The notes beneath the pieces were generated by a model, which was not told the origin of the DNA, did no database searches, and worked only from the letters and a program-made list of their open reading frames with translations. Below are positions 51,575 to 64,000 of a stretch of 64,000 nucleotides of DNA, piece after piece; within the stretch, counting starts at the first letter, position 1, and every line of letters starts with the position of its first letter. The stretch covers positions 8,298,201 through 8,362,200 of the forward strand of contig NC_092670.1 of assembly GCF_964355755.1 (NCBI RefSeq), written 5' to 3'. The translations under genes and the position numbers were made by a program. Source of the DNA: Antedon mediterranea. Its lineage: Eukaryota; Animalia; Echinodermata.

Positions 51575-53061
51575 TCTATATATAAATTTACGTAAGGGCA
51601 AAATTCGGTAAATCGCACCTTACTTCTACAATTTTTACTCGATGGTATATAAAGTTGGTTCGTACTTTCGGTACTGATTTTAACCACCTGATGTAACCCT
51701 GTTTACTAATTAAATTAAGTTAGATAATTAGTTATTGATGATTAAAACGAATTTAGGTTCAACGATTTGCCCCAAATAGGGGTTTTTTCCGATCGTGGTA
51801 TACACTGTCTAATGGATGTCCATCTTGAAAAATACCCGCCACAAAAATGCGAGGAGGCTTCGCATTTTCCTATCTCCTACGATAATTGTTTTTAATAGCT
51901 GAAAACCGGTTGAACAGCTAGAGTACACCATCATAATGTTGAAGACAGGCCGATTTTCTTTAAAAAATACTATTTTGATAGATTTAATATAAGATTATAC
52001 AAATGTATTGATTTGCGATGAATGGAACATCCCAATCTCTCAGTCTGCCAGAGTTTGGTTTAACACAAGTAGGTAAATTTATGAGCCCTTGATTTAACAC
52101 ATACGGTAGGTAAATATATGGGCCCTTTGAGAATAAACTTCACAATACTATAAATATCTATTAACTATTTTTAGTCCTCATTTGAATCGAACATTTCTTA
52201 CTGTGAATGTTCGTACTGTTAGATGTAAAGTACTGTTAGATGTAATATAAAGTACGGTTAGATGTAAAGTACTGTTAGATGTAAAGTACTGTTAGATGTA
52301 AAGTACTGTTAGATGTAATATAAAGTACTGTTAGATGTAATATAAAGTACTGTTAGATGTAAAGTACTGTTAGATGTAAAGTACTGTTAGATGTAAAGTA
52401 CTGTTAGATGTAATATAAAAATATATACAGATAAACTTTATTAGTAAGATTGTGGATAGGATCTACTGTTAGATATATAAACACATTATTATATACAAAT
52501 AAACTTTATACTGACAGTTCCTTCTCAACGACGTTTGTATTAATTAATAATTACCAATAAAATAAACGTCGTAGTGGTGTATCGTGACATGTACTTTAAT
52601 ATTTCAATTGATTATGACAGTGACAGTTTTAAGAAAATCGCAAATGTTTTACTGTATTTAGAGGTATATTATTTATAGGCCTATAAAACACGAAAACAAT
52701 ATTTCGTTACTGAGTGGATAAAGAATATATTTAAAAATTGTTCCTCTTTGTACCTATCCGCTTTCCCATCCCTCAACCCTAATATAAAAAAACCCATACA
52801 AAACACAAATTGGGTTTCTTTAAATGAGTCCAAATAAAAAATTTGGACTCATTTTGTGATGAGTTTCTCCTTCGGAAGTAATTCCCAGGGTGCTAATTTT
52901 AGTTGACTACTGTACATAAATCATCGTGTCTATTTATTCGTTTCTGTAAACGACAATGTATTATAGTCCTGCGGTACGTACATTTGAAATCGCCAGTTAT
53001 TCGAGAACCATCTGTGGGCACGACCTAGATGGTACGCGAGCGAAGCGAGCGTACCATCTAG
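51575..53061 (+). mobile_element. Non-autonomous Helitron, copy 2
   Basis: 5' TC; 3' hairpin CTAGATGGTACGC..GCGTACCATCTAG ending in CTAG. The empty paralogous site TTTGAA|TATGAT at 9200/9201 shows A|T insertion without a TSD. Confidence 0.93.
52213..52418. repeat. 17/22-bp minisatellite inside the Helitron
   Basis: AAAGTACTGTTAGATGT(AATAT) about 11 times; single copy in the other Helitron (~20392-20411). Confidence 0.9.
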
Positions 53062-54240
53062 TATGATTAAATTTTCAAATTAAAAATAAAATTCATGTGT
53101 CTGAAGGAGAATTTTTTAAGTAATAACATTATTGAAAATTGGAAGGAAATTGATAACGTTTATGCAATATGCGCTCTATTGAATGTGACGAACTGTGTCG
53201 AAAAGAGACAAAATTCCTTTACATTTGTGTGGCCATACGATGTTTGACGTGCCCGTGTGTCATTATTTTTTCATTCATAATTCATCAAATATGAAAGAAA
53301 TATATCATAAAACTATAAAAAACAATATTCAAGCGCAAAAACGGGCTTTCTATGCTGCGTACGGGCTAAGTGCGTAAAAAGTCCTGAAAGTTGATTAGAA
53401 ATTCATTTTGAGCATTTTAAACTTTTAAAGCGTGCTTACGCACGAAAATACCAATGTTGAAAATTTTGCTGATGATACTGGAAGATGACCCTTGACATGA
53501 AGCATACATGTGTCAAGTGGTATTTAAAATATCTATTGGTTTTCAATTTATAGTCAATCTACGCGACAATATTGTCATTAAACCAAAGTTTCTTGTACAA
53601 CGACATATATACGCGCATCTGCTGGCCAAGTTACAACATAACTGCTACCGCCGTTTTTTAGATTTGCATGCAACAAAAAATGAGCAAAAAAATTGAAATT
53701 TTTGACAATAACAATAGGCTATCGCTCTACAGATAGCGAAAGCCTAATAAAAATAGAAATCAATTTTAGAAAACAAAACTTTAAGTTTAAATTTTGCATA
53801 TTAATTGTATTTTGGAATGAAGTTATTGACATATTTTTAAAGTTGAAAGTAATATAAGTGCATTCTAGCTTTTAGATGAACGATAAGTAAAAAGTTTTGT
53901 TGCCTTGGAAACAATTCCAGGTGGGGAAAACTAAATCGTATCCTAATAGTATTAAAAGTCAATTTTTACTTCACACGCTGCATCTATTTGCTTTTGCTGT
54001 CTGGAATAATAATACAGTACTGTATTTAATAATGTATTATAAATAATTTGTAAACTATGGAAGTTTTCTTCCATAGTTATTTATAATTTTTTTAGCCTAC
54101 AAAAGTTTCATTCTTTTTGCCTTTTAGTTGTTTTTTATGGAAATATTATCTTGAAACAAATCTGTGAAAAAAAATTCTCAAACCATGAATAGTCTATTAT
54201 TATTAGTTAATTTATTTTCTTTCAGATTACAGAATACAGC

Positions 54241-57200
54241 ATGAAATATAAATGTGAACACTGTGGAGTTAAGTTGGAATTCAGTGACTTGAAAGAACAT
54301 TTAGGATTACACAATCATTCTAAAGAAATAAAATGTGAGCTCTGTGAAGATACAATTGACAAGTGTAAGCTACATAATCAGACACCATATGAATGTGATC
54401 ATGAGGAGGAAGGAAATCGGAATTTGAAAAAACATTTGAGCACAAACACAGGAGAGACACCATATGAATGTGAGCATGAGAAGGAAGGAAATCGGAATTT
54501 GAAAAAACATTTGAGCACAAACACAGGAGAGACACCATATGAATGTGAGCATGAGAAGGAAGGAATTCGGAATTTCAAAAAACATTTGAGCACAAACACA
54601 GGAGAGACACCATATGAATGTGAGCATGAGAAGGAAGGAAATAAGAATTTGAAAAAACATTTGAGCACAAACACAGGAGAGACACCATATGAATGTGAAC
54701 ATGAGAAGGAAGGAAATTGGATTTTGAAAAAACATTTGAGCACAAACACAGGAGAGACACCATATGAATGTGAACATGAGAAGGAAGGAAATTGGAATTT
54801 GAAAAAACATTTGAGCACAAACACAGGAGAGACACCATATGATTGTGAGTACGAGAAGGGAGGAAATCGGACTTTGAAAAAACATTTGAGCACAAACACA
54901 GGGGAGACAACATATGAATGTGAGCATGAGAAGGAAAGAAATCTGAATTTAAAAAAACATTTGAGCACAAACACAGGAGAGACACCATGTGAATGTGAGC
55001 ATGAGAAGGAAGGAAATTGGATTTTGAAAACACATTTGAGCACAAAAACAGGAGAGACACCATATGAATGTGAACATTGTGGGAAGAAATTTAAACAAAG
55101 CTGGAATTTGAAAATGCATTTGAGAAAACACACAAGAGCGACACCATATGAAAATTGTGGTATGAAATTTAATCAAAATTTAAAGATTCTATTGAGAAAA
55201 TACACAGGAGAGACACCATATGATTGTGAACATGGTGGTAAGAAATTTAAACAAAATGTGAATTGGAAAATACATTTGAGAAAACACAAAAGAGAGGCAC
55301 CATATGAATGTGAACATTGTGGAGTGAAATTTACACGGAATGCTACTTTGTCAGCACATTTAAAAACACATAACACACCTTATGAATGTGAACATTGTGG
55401 GAAGAAATTTAAATGGAAGCTTACTTTGGAAACACATTTGAGAACACACAAAAGAGAGGCATCATATGAATGTGAAAATTGTGGGAAGAAATTTAGAAAA
55501 AATGTAAATTTAAAAATGCATTTAAGAATACACACAAGAGAGACACCATATGAATGTGAACATTGTGGTAAGAAATTTAAACAATATGGAAATTTGAAAA
55601 TGCATTTGAGAACACACAAAATAGAGACACCATATGAACGTGAACATTGTGGTAAGAAATTTAAACAAAGTGGAAGTTTGAAGATACATTTGAGAACACA
55701 CACAGGAGAGACACCATATGAATGTGAACATTGTGGTAAGAAATTTAAACAAAGTGGAAGTTTGAAGATACATTTGAGAACACACACAGGAGAGACACCA
55801 TATGAATGTCAACATTGTGGACAGAAATTTAAACAAAATGGAAATTTGAAAATGCATTTGAGAACACACACAGGAAAGACACCATATGAATGTGAACATT
55901 GTGGTAAAAAATTTAAACAAAATGAACATTTGAAGATACATTTGAGAACACACGCAGGAGAGACACCATATGAATGTGAACATTGGGGTATGAAATTTAA
56001 ACAAAGTGGAAGTTTGAAGATACATTTGAGAACACACACAGGAGAGACACCATATGAATGTGAACATTGTGGTAAGAAATTTAAACAAAATGGACATTTG
56101 AAAATGCATTTGAAAACACACACAGGAGAGACACCATATGAATGTCAACATTGTGGACAGAAATTTAAACGAAATGAACATTTGAAAAGACATTTGAGAA
56201 CACACACAGGAGAGACACCATATGAATGTGAACATTGTGGTAAGAAATTTAAACAAAATGGAAATTTGACAATTCATTTGAGAACACACACAGGAGAGGC
56301 ACCATATGAATGTGCACATTGTGGTAAGAAATTTAAACACAGTGGGGACTTGAAAAAACATTTGAGAATACACACAGGAGAGGCACCATATGAATGTGAA
56401 CATTGTGGTAAGAAATTTAAACAAAATGGGGTTTTGAAAAGACATTTGAGAACACACACAAGAAAGGCACCATATGAATGTCAACATTGTGGACAGAAAT
56501 TTAAACAAAATGGAAATTTGAAAATGCATTTGAGAACACACACAGGAGAGACACCATATGAATGTGAACATTGTGGTAAGAAATTTAAACAAAGTGGAAG
56601 TTTGAAGATACATTTGAGAACACACACAGGTGAGACACCATATGAATGTCAACATTGTGGACAGAAATTTAAACAATATGGAAATTTGAAAATGCATTTG
56701 AGAACACACAAAATAGAGACACCATATGAACGTGAACATTGTGGTAAGAAATTTAAACAAAGTGGAAGTTTGAAGATACATTTGAGAACACACACAGGAG
56801 AGACACCATATGAATGTGAACATTGTGGTAAGAAATTTAAACAAAGTGGAAGTTTGAAGATACATTTGAGAACACACACAGGAGAGACACCATATGAATG
56901 TCAACATTGTGGACAGAAATTTAAACAAAATGGAAATTTGAAAATGCATTTGAGAACACACACAGGAAAGACACCATATGAATGTGAACATTGTGGTAAA
57001 AAATTTATACAAAATGAACATTTGAAGATACATTTGAGAACACACGCAGGAGAGACACCATATGAATGTGAACATTGTGGTATGAAATTTAAACAAAGTG
57101 GAAGTTTGAAGATACATTTGAGAACACACACAGGAGAGACACCATATGAATGTGAACAATGTGGTAAGAAATTTAAACAAAATGGACATTTGAAAATGCA

Positions 57201-58494
57201 TTTGAGAACACACACAGGAGAGACACCATATGAATGTCAACATTGTGGACAGAAATTTAAACGAAATGGACATTTGAAAAGACATTTGAGAACACACACA
57301 GGAGAGACACCATATGAATGTGAACATTGTGGTAAGAAATTTAAACAAAATGGAAATTTGAAAATACATTTGATAACACACACAGGAAAGACACCATATG
57401 AATGTGAACATTGTGGAAAGAAATTTAAACAAAATGGAAATTTGAAAAAGCATTTGAGAATACACACAGGAGAGACACCATATGAATGTGAACATTGTGG
57501 TAAAAAATTTAAACAAAATGAACATTTGAAGATACATTTGAGAACACACACAGGAGAGACACCATATGAATGTCAACATTGTGGACAGAAATTTAAACTA
57601 AACTGGAATTTGAAAATTCATTTGAGAACACACACAGGAGAGACACCATATGAATGTCAACATTGTGGACAGAAATTTAAACAAAATGGAAATTTGAAAA
57701 TTCATTTGAGAACACACACAGGAGAGACACCATATGAATGTGAACATTGTGGTAAAAAATTTAAACAAAATGAACATTTGAAGATACATTTGAGAACACA
57801 CACAGGAGAGACACCATATGAATGTCAACATTGTGGACAGAAATTTAAACAAAATAGAAATTTGAAAATTCATTTGAGAACACACACAGGAGAGACACCA
57901 TATGAATGTGAACATTGTGGTAAGAAATTTAAACAAAGTGGAAGTTTGAAGATACATTTGAGAACACACACAGGAGAGACACGGTATGAATGTCAACATT
58001 GTGGACAGAAATTTAAACAAAATGGACATTTGAAAATGCATTTGAGAACACACACAGGAGAGACACCATATGAATGTGAACATTGTGGTAAGAAATTTAA
58101 ACAAAATGGAAATTTGAAAATACATTTGATAACACACACAGGAGAGACACGGTATGAATGTGAACATTGTGGTAAGAAATTTAAACAAAATGGAAATTTG
58201 AAAATGCATTTGAGAACACACACAGGAGAGACACCATATGAATGTGCACATTGTGGTAAGAAATTTAAACACAATGGGGGCTTGAAAAGACATTTGAGAA
58301 TACACACAAGAGAGGCACCATATGAATGTGAACATTGTGGTAAGAAATTTAAACAAAATGGGGTTTTGAAAAGACATTTGAGAACACACACTAGAAAGGC
58401 ACCATATGAATGTGAACATTGTGGAACGAAATTTACACGGAATGCTACTTTGAATGCACATTTAAAAACACATAACACACCTTATGAAATTTAA
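54241..58494 (+). CDS. C2H2 ZF gene A, copy 3 (1417 aa): cap finger, 9 x 75-bp degenerate repeats, 41 finger units (36 with all four Zn ligands)
   Basis: Intact ORF; acceptor TTTTCTTTCAG just upstream; 84-bp periodic array 55063..58494. Confidence 0.92.
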   Translation: MKYKCEHCGVKLEFSDLKEHLGLHNHSKEIKCELCEDTIDKCKLHNQTPYECDHEEEGNRNLKKHLSTNTGETPYECEHEKEGNRNLKKHLSTNTGETPYECEHEKEGIRNFKKHLSTNTGETPYECEHEKEGNKNLKKHLSTNTGETPYECEHEKEGNWILKKHLSTNTGETPYECEHEKEGNWNLKKHLSTNTGETPYDCEYEKGGNRTLKKHLSTNTGETTYECEHEKERNLNLKKHLSTNTGETPCECEHEKEGNWILKTHLSTKTGETPYECEHCGKKFKQSWNLKMHLRKHTRATPYENCGMKFNQNLKILLRKYTGETPYDCEHGGKKFKQNVNWKIHLRKHKREAPYECEHCGVKFTRNATLSAHLKTHNTPYECEHCGKKFKWKLTLETHLRTHKREASYECENCGKKFRKNVNLKMHLRIHTRETPYECEHCGKKFKQYGNLKMHLRTHKIETPYEREHCGKKFKQSGSLKIHLRTHTGETPYECEHCGKKFKQSGSLKIHLRTHTGETPYECQHCGQKFKQNGNLKMHLRTHTGKTPYECEHCGKKFKQNEHLKIHLRTHAGETPYECEHWGMKFKQSGSLKIHLRTHTGETPYECEHCGKKFKQNGHLKMHLKTHTGETPYECQHCGQKFKRNEHLKRHLRTHTGETPYECEHCGKKFKQNGNLTIHLRTHTGEAPYECAHCGKKFKHSGDLKKHLRIHTGEAPYECEHCGKKFKQNGVLKRHLRTHTRKAPYECQHCGQKFKQNGNLKMHLRTHTGETPYECEHCGKKFKQSGSLKIHLRTHTGETPYECQHCGQKFKQYGNLKMHLRTHKIETPYEREHCGKKFKQSGSLKIHLRTHTGETPYECEHCGKKFKQSGSLKIHLRTHTGETPYECQHCGQKFKQNGNLKMHLRTHTGKTPYECEHCGKKFIQNEHLKIHLRTHAGETPYECEHCGMKFKQSGSLKIHLRTHTGETPYECEQCGKKFKQNGHLKMHLRTHTGETPYECQHCGQKFKRNGHLKRHLRTHTGETPYECEHCGKKFKQNGNLKIHLITHTGKTPYECEHCGKKFKQNGNLKKHLRIHTGETPYECEHCGKKFKQNEHLKIHLRTHTGETPYECQHCGQKFKLNWNLKIHLRTHTGETPYECQHCGQKFKQNGNLKIHLRTHTGETPYECEHCGKKFKQNEHLKIHLRTHTGETPYECQHCGQKFKQNRNLKIHLRTHTGETPYECEHCGKKFKQSGSLKIHLRTHTGETRYECQHCGQKFKQNGHLKMHLRTHTGETPYECEHCGKKFKQNGNLKIHLITHTGETRYECEHCGKKFKQNGNLKMHLRTHTGETPYECAHCGKKFKHNGGLKRHLRIHTREAPYECEHCGKKFKQNGVLKRHLRTHTRKAPYECEHCGTKFTRNATLNAHLKTHNTPYEI
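54388..55062 (+). repeat. Coding 75-bp tandem repeat x9
   Basis: Unit starts at 54388, 54463, ... 54988. Confidence 0.95.
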
Positions 58495-58573
58495 ATGGAA
58501 GCCAACTTTGAAAGCACATTTGAGAGAACACAGAGACACAATATGAACGTGAACATTGTGGGAAGAAATTTAA

Positions 58574-58681
<108 letters not shown>

Positions 58682-58782
58682 TAGGGTACACACAGAAGAG
58701 ACACCATATGACTGTAAACAATGTTGAAGAAAATTTAATTTAAACAAAATGGAGAATAAAAAATATGGAACAGACCATATGA

Positions 58783-58920
<138 letters not shown>

Positions 58921-60032
58921 TAAAAAGACATTTAAGAACACTTTGGGAAAAAAAAATAAACAAAATGATACTTTCACACCACATTTTAAAACTCACACAG
59001 AAGAAAGACCATGTGACGATTATGGAAGAAATGCAATAAAAGGGGTGATTTGGAAAGACAGAACAAAATGTACGGTAAGAAATACACCAACACAAAACAG
59101 TTGGGGTGGGGGCGGAAATTAACAAAATGAAAGCACTCGGAAACTGATATTTCGGCCCATGTCAAAAGAATACAAATTGTTCTTTTTTTTATTTGTGAAG
59201 TTCATGAATTTTAAAAGGCATGTACTGTAAATATACACTCTGTCTACACTATCAAACTAGTTTGACAAAAAAAAGTGTGATGTGCCCAAATATGGTAGTG
59301 ATATGACATGTCCATAAATGGTTAACAATTGTTTGTCCCATAAATAGACAGAGCTTTAGAGCAACAAAAGAATATAAATTTTGTGGGAAAATAATTGTAC
59401 TTTGAACACACAGTGATGATTTGAAGGAACATTTTAGAAAACAAACAAGAGATACACTACTTTATTATAAGAAGAAATTTAAAGTGATAATTTGAAAAAA
59501 CATGCGAGAATTCACACGAGTGATAATTAATAGGTTAAGTTTGAATATTTTTGGGGGAAAATAAACAGAAATATTTATAAACCATTCCCATATAGTGAGA
59601 ATTTTGAAAAAAACATTTTAGAACTCTCACAATGAATCTGAATATTGTGAGAATAAAAAACATTTGAAAATATACACTGCAGAGACACAACACAATATAA
59701 ATGAAATTTGTGGAAAGAGATTTAAAACTAATATTAACATTTAGAATTACATTTGAGGATACACACAAGAGAGAAAACATACTGTACTGTATAAATGTTA
59801 ATGTTCTGTGTGTTACTGTTTTTTGTTTTGTTTAAAGTACACACACACTTTCAATTCTAAATGTACACTCTTTTACTTACTAGTTAGTAAATTGTTGTTA
59901 TAACATTTATTATAATACTATGATACCTAGGACTTAATTATTGTATTATTTTAATTTACTTTATTATAACATTATACATTTTTGGTTTTGTTTACACTTT
60001 GTTTGGTTTGTGATGATATTTTTTTCAAAATT

Positions 60033-60430
60033 TATAATAAACCCTTAATAAGATTTATAATGTACAGTAGCCTTCCTATGTAATAAAGCCTTTCTATGAT
60101 TTTTAATGTACAGTAGCCTTCCTATGTAATAAACCCTTACTAAGATTTATAATGTACAGTAGCCTTCCTATGTAATAAAGCCTTTCTATGATTTTTAATG
60201 TACAGTAGCCTTCCTATGTAATAAAGCCTTACTAAGATTTATAATGTACAGTAGCCTTCCTATGTAATAAAGCCTTACTAAGATTTATAATGTACAGTAG
60301 TAGCCTTCCTATGTAATAAACCCTTTCTATGATTTATAATGTAGAGTAGCCTTCCTATGTAATAAAGCCTTTCTATGATTTATAATGTACAGTAGCCTTC
60401 CTATGTAATAAAGCCTTTCTATGATTTTTA
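60033..60430. repeat. 46-bp minisatellite, ~8 copies
   Basis: AATGTACAGTAGCCTTCCTATGTAATAAA(G/C)CCTT...GATTT with period 46. Only ~1.5 units at the paralogous sites (~15020-15090, ~28045-28115). Confidence 0.92.
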
Positions 60431-61823
60431 ATTCAAAGTAAGAGTTTTCTTTTATAGTCGGTTTTTGTAACAATAAAATCAAGTTTTATTCATATATATT
60501 CAAGATGCTGTATAATTTACTATTTTCTTTGTGTATATTTGTAAACACATGGCGACACAAGAAGGGATAGATAGATAGTAGTTTGTATTTTATATTTATA
60601 TATGTTATGTTTTGGGAAAAAAGTGTATACTGTAGTCATTAGAATTTTAAAGTACTGTAGTTATATTATAGATAACTGATTTTGCTGCAGTTTTGCAATC
60701 GATCAGAAAATTCAAAACTTAATGTTGTTACGTGTTGGCAAAAGAATTGACACAACAATGTAACACTCAATCCAAGGAGTAACAACTCTCTTCTAAATCC
60801 AATTATTTAATTAAAGTGGAATTTCAATACAATTCTACATAATTGGCGTTATACAGTATACTGTAAAGGCAGTGACGATCCACTATTAGATCTCTAGATA
60901 AAGCCTTTCCCCACCCACTCTACACAATGGTAGAGTGGGTCGGTTATAATGTCTCGGGTCGTTACTCAACAAGTACTCTTACAGCATCTAAATAGATAAT
61001 TCAATTTGCATAATTATACTCTCAACCAATCAAATACCGTAAATAAGTACTTGTCTGCCAGTCTATGATCCTATTTATTGCTGAGGAATGCCATTCAGTT
61101 GTATACAGTGGCAGCGAGAGAACGACTGAGGAAGACGATAATTATCATTGAGGTAGGTACACGTTCCTAAACTGAAATATTGATTATGAGACAATCGGCG
61201 TGTGTGTTTCTTATAATTGTTAGCAGGATTACTCGAAAATGTATTGCCGATTTTCATATGATTTTAAAGGATAGGTTCATAGCTGTATGGGAACACGTTA
61301 TTCAATTTCATATGACTAGTAGATCAAATATCAAGCTGACCACAGCAATGGAAAGTTTCACCATAGGGATTTTCATTCCTTATTACGTATTTGTTGATAT
61401 GTGGCATTGGCCCTCGCAATTAACACTCTAACTATCTATTTTGTTGGTAACTTATTGTATAGGGCTTGGTTCTATTTGATACGGCTTGGTAATTAGGAGG
61501 ACCCCGATTTATGTTTCTTTTCCCAGAAAAATAGTAGGCCTAATGCCTTAAAATAACGCAAGCTAATATCACTCAAATTAATCCGTTACCATTAGGCCTC
61601 AGTAAATCTAATTAAAACAAAAGCTGTATACACGACATTAAAGTCGCAATTTAATCGAATACGCCAATTTTAAATTCTTTGACATTATTCTGTTACAAAA
61701 CTACTGTATTTACATAAGTTTGTTTTTCAATATAGTGTAGCTAACATGAATAGTACTACTAAGTATAGTTGGAGGAAGTAGATTTATAATTTTGAAAACT
61801 GTATTTTTTTTATAGATTTATTG

Positions 61824-63198
61824 ATGAATGAATACGACTTCAACAAAGAAGAATTTAACAGTGTAAATACCAACATGAAAGGCAAATGTGAACACTGTGG
61901 AGATGAATTTGAGTTCAGGGATTTAAAGGAACATTTAGGAATACACGTACATAGTAAAGAGTTTAAATGTGAAAATTCCGAGGATTTTCTGCTAAATGAC
62001 CAAACACCATATTATGTCTTTGAACATTGTAGGCCTAGAATTGAAGAAAGTAAACATTTTGGACTACCCATTGTCGAAAAAACTTCATATGAATTTGAAC
62101 ATTGTCGAAATGACGAAAGTGAGAATTCAAGTAACACTGCCGTAGAAGCTTCGTATGAATTAGAACATTGTCGAAATGAAGAAAATGAGAATTTGGGAAA
62201 CACTTCTGAAGAAACATCGTATACTGAATCTGAGGAAAATTGTGGAACTGAAGAAAGGGGTAATTTGGGAATTTACACTTTCGAAGAAACTTCGTTTGGT
62301 TGTGAAAATTGTGGGAAACAATTTAATAAAAGTGATGATTTAAAAAAACATTTTAAAATTCACACAAGAGAGACACAACATGAATGTGAACATTGTGGGA
62401 AGACATTTAAACAGAATGCGAATTTGAAAAAGCATTTGAGAATACACACAGGAGGAGCACCATTTGAATGTAAACACTGTGGGAAGAATTTTAAAGAAAG
62501 GGGGAATTTAAACAAGCATTTGCGGATGCATACAGGAGAGAAACCATATGATTGTGAATACTGTGGGAAGAAATTTAGATCTAGTGTAAATTTGACAAAA
62601 CATTTGAGAGTACACACAGGAGAGAAGCCATATGAATGTGAACAGTGTAAAAGGAAATTTAAACACAGTGGGCAATTAAAAATACATTTTAGAACTCACA
62701 CAGGGGAGACACCGTATGGATGTGAACATTGTGGAAAGAAATTTAAACAGAGAGTGATTTTGAGAGAACATTTGAGAATACACACAGGAGAGAAACCATA
62801 TGAATGTATATTTTGCGCGAAGAACTTTAGAACTAGTAGTTATTTAAATGAGATTACACACAGGATGCAAATCGTATGAATGTGAATATTGTGGACAGAA
62901 ATTTATCACTAATGGGACTTTAAAAAAACATTTGAGAATTCACACCGGAGAGACACCTTATGAATGTGAGCATTGTGGAAAGAAATTTAAACATAATGGA
63001 TATTTAAAATTACATTTGAGAATACACACGGGAGAGAAACCATATAAATGTGAACAATGTGGAATACAATTTCAATGGGATAAAACCTTCAAAAGGCATC
63101 TAAAAACACACACACACAGACACTCTTTAAATGAAAACACTGTGCTATCATCTTTAAATTCAATTACATTATTACCAATCAATCAATTACAAAATTAG
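61824..63198 (+). pseudogene. C2H2 ZF gene B, copy 3; a single 8-nt deletion frameshifts finger 7 (ORF stops at 62879)
   Basis: TTAAATGAGATTAC at ~62844 versus TTAAATATACATTTGAGATTAC in B2 (~30637). The remaining three fingers are in ORF 62848..63198. May still encode a 6-finger protein. Confidence 0.85.
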
Positions 63199-63647
63199 AA
63201 CTTACATATTTATTTTCACTCTGATTGTTAAAGCATTTGATTGAAAAGATGGAATATCTCAATATAAAATATAAGATATGAGGCACATATATTTTTTATT
63301 CTGTAGATGGATTCATGACAGAGAAATCAGTTAACTGAACATTTTGTTTAAGTTTTTCATATCTCCCTTTATTTTATGTTAATGTAAAGTGTATGGATTT
63401 TATGTATCGTATTCCTCGTTTTCGTCAGTCACAAAATAGTTTAATTATTATTTGTACAGTGTTACCGCTAGAATAGGCCTAAATAGTAACAATCGGTAAT
63501 ATTACGTGTGTTTACTCGCTTTTGAAATCTTTTCAATGCATATTAAAGAGAAATAATATCAAATTGCACCATTCTAAAAATATTAACAGTAAATATTCGT
63601 GCAACAACTTTTTTAAACAAAATTAACTAGGGCAACTACATTGTAAA

Positions 63648-64000
63648 CTAGAAAGCCACTCCGAGAGGGCATACCTCCGCCTACTGTAAAATTCTCCTAC
63701 ATAAGATTTCTCCGGTAAACAAAAATATATATATATATATATTTGTGTGTGTCTTAATGCTGTTTGTGATTTAGGTTAATTTCAGTACAAGCATGTGTAT
63801 GCGAGTTTGGTGTAATGGTTATGTAACAAGCCTTTCAGTTAACAATAGCTTCAGTTGACTAACAATAGCAACGCGAAAATCAAACGAGTGAATTTGAAAA
63901 GAAATAGGTTTTCTACTCGCATCAAAAAATGTGCACATTAAATCAAATTATGTTTCAAAATTACAAATCACAAATTATAACTCTTGCCTCTTGTTCAAAA
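63648..64000 (-). mobile_element. HINE-like element inserted downstream of B3 (runs off the window)
   Basis: Similarity to the B2 downstream region (31000-31458) stops at TGTAAA|CTAG. The sequence is then the inverse of 19400..19613, including TTTGGTGTAATGGTTATGTA. Confidence 0.65.

Larger units (their letters stand above)
51412..53748 (-). mobile_element. Helentron/HINE-like element (paralogue of 8974..9894) interrupted by a Helitron
   Basis: Collinear with 8974..9894 except for the 51575..53061 insertion. Confidence 0.65.

Noticed and set aside
54241-58494. Calling gene A PRDM9 or a KRAB-ZNF
   Set aside because: No PR/SET, SSXRD or KRAB sequence is recognisable in or upstream of the ORF; only the array dynamics are similar. 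No gene symbol assigned.

Overview
AT-rich animal (probably invertebrate) genomic DNA, not prokaryotic. The window is a tandem cluster of plus-strand C2H2 zinc-finger (ZF) genes, each with its coding region in one large exon, in the order D1-A1-B1-(ZF fragment + dead DNA polymerase B)-A2-B2-satellite-C-D2-A3-B3 (letters are my working labels). A D-A-B block recurs about 43.9 kb downstream, and a second A-B pair lies in between. Every gene with a visible 5' end begins with the same atypical C-X2-C-X11-H-X3-H cap finger; no KRAB, SET, BTB or ZAD domain is recognisable. The A genes carry minisatellite-like 84-bp finger arrays (22, 10 and 41 units) that vary mainly at DNA-contact residues. Collapsed fingers have re-amplified into new coding repeats (75 bp and 30 bp), and finger cassettes appear to have been exchanged between paralogues. 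Intergenic DNA is dense with non-autonomous transposons (Helitron, Helentron/HINE-like, hAT, Kolobok-like, MULE-like, pogo-like, RTE remnant), many confirmed by empty sites in the duplicate copy, and holds a decayed Polinton/adintovirus-type polymerase that the ORF track misses. The best candidate for an undescribed system is a KRAB-less, recombination-diversified ZF repertoire with a conserved N-terminal cap. That interpretation is inference, and part of the duplication could be two haplotypes assembled in tandem. All counts and alignments were done by eye.
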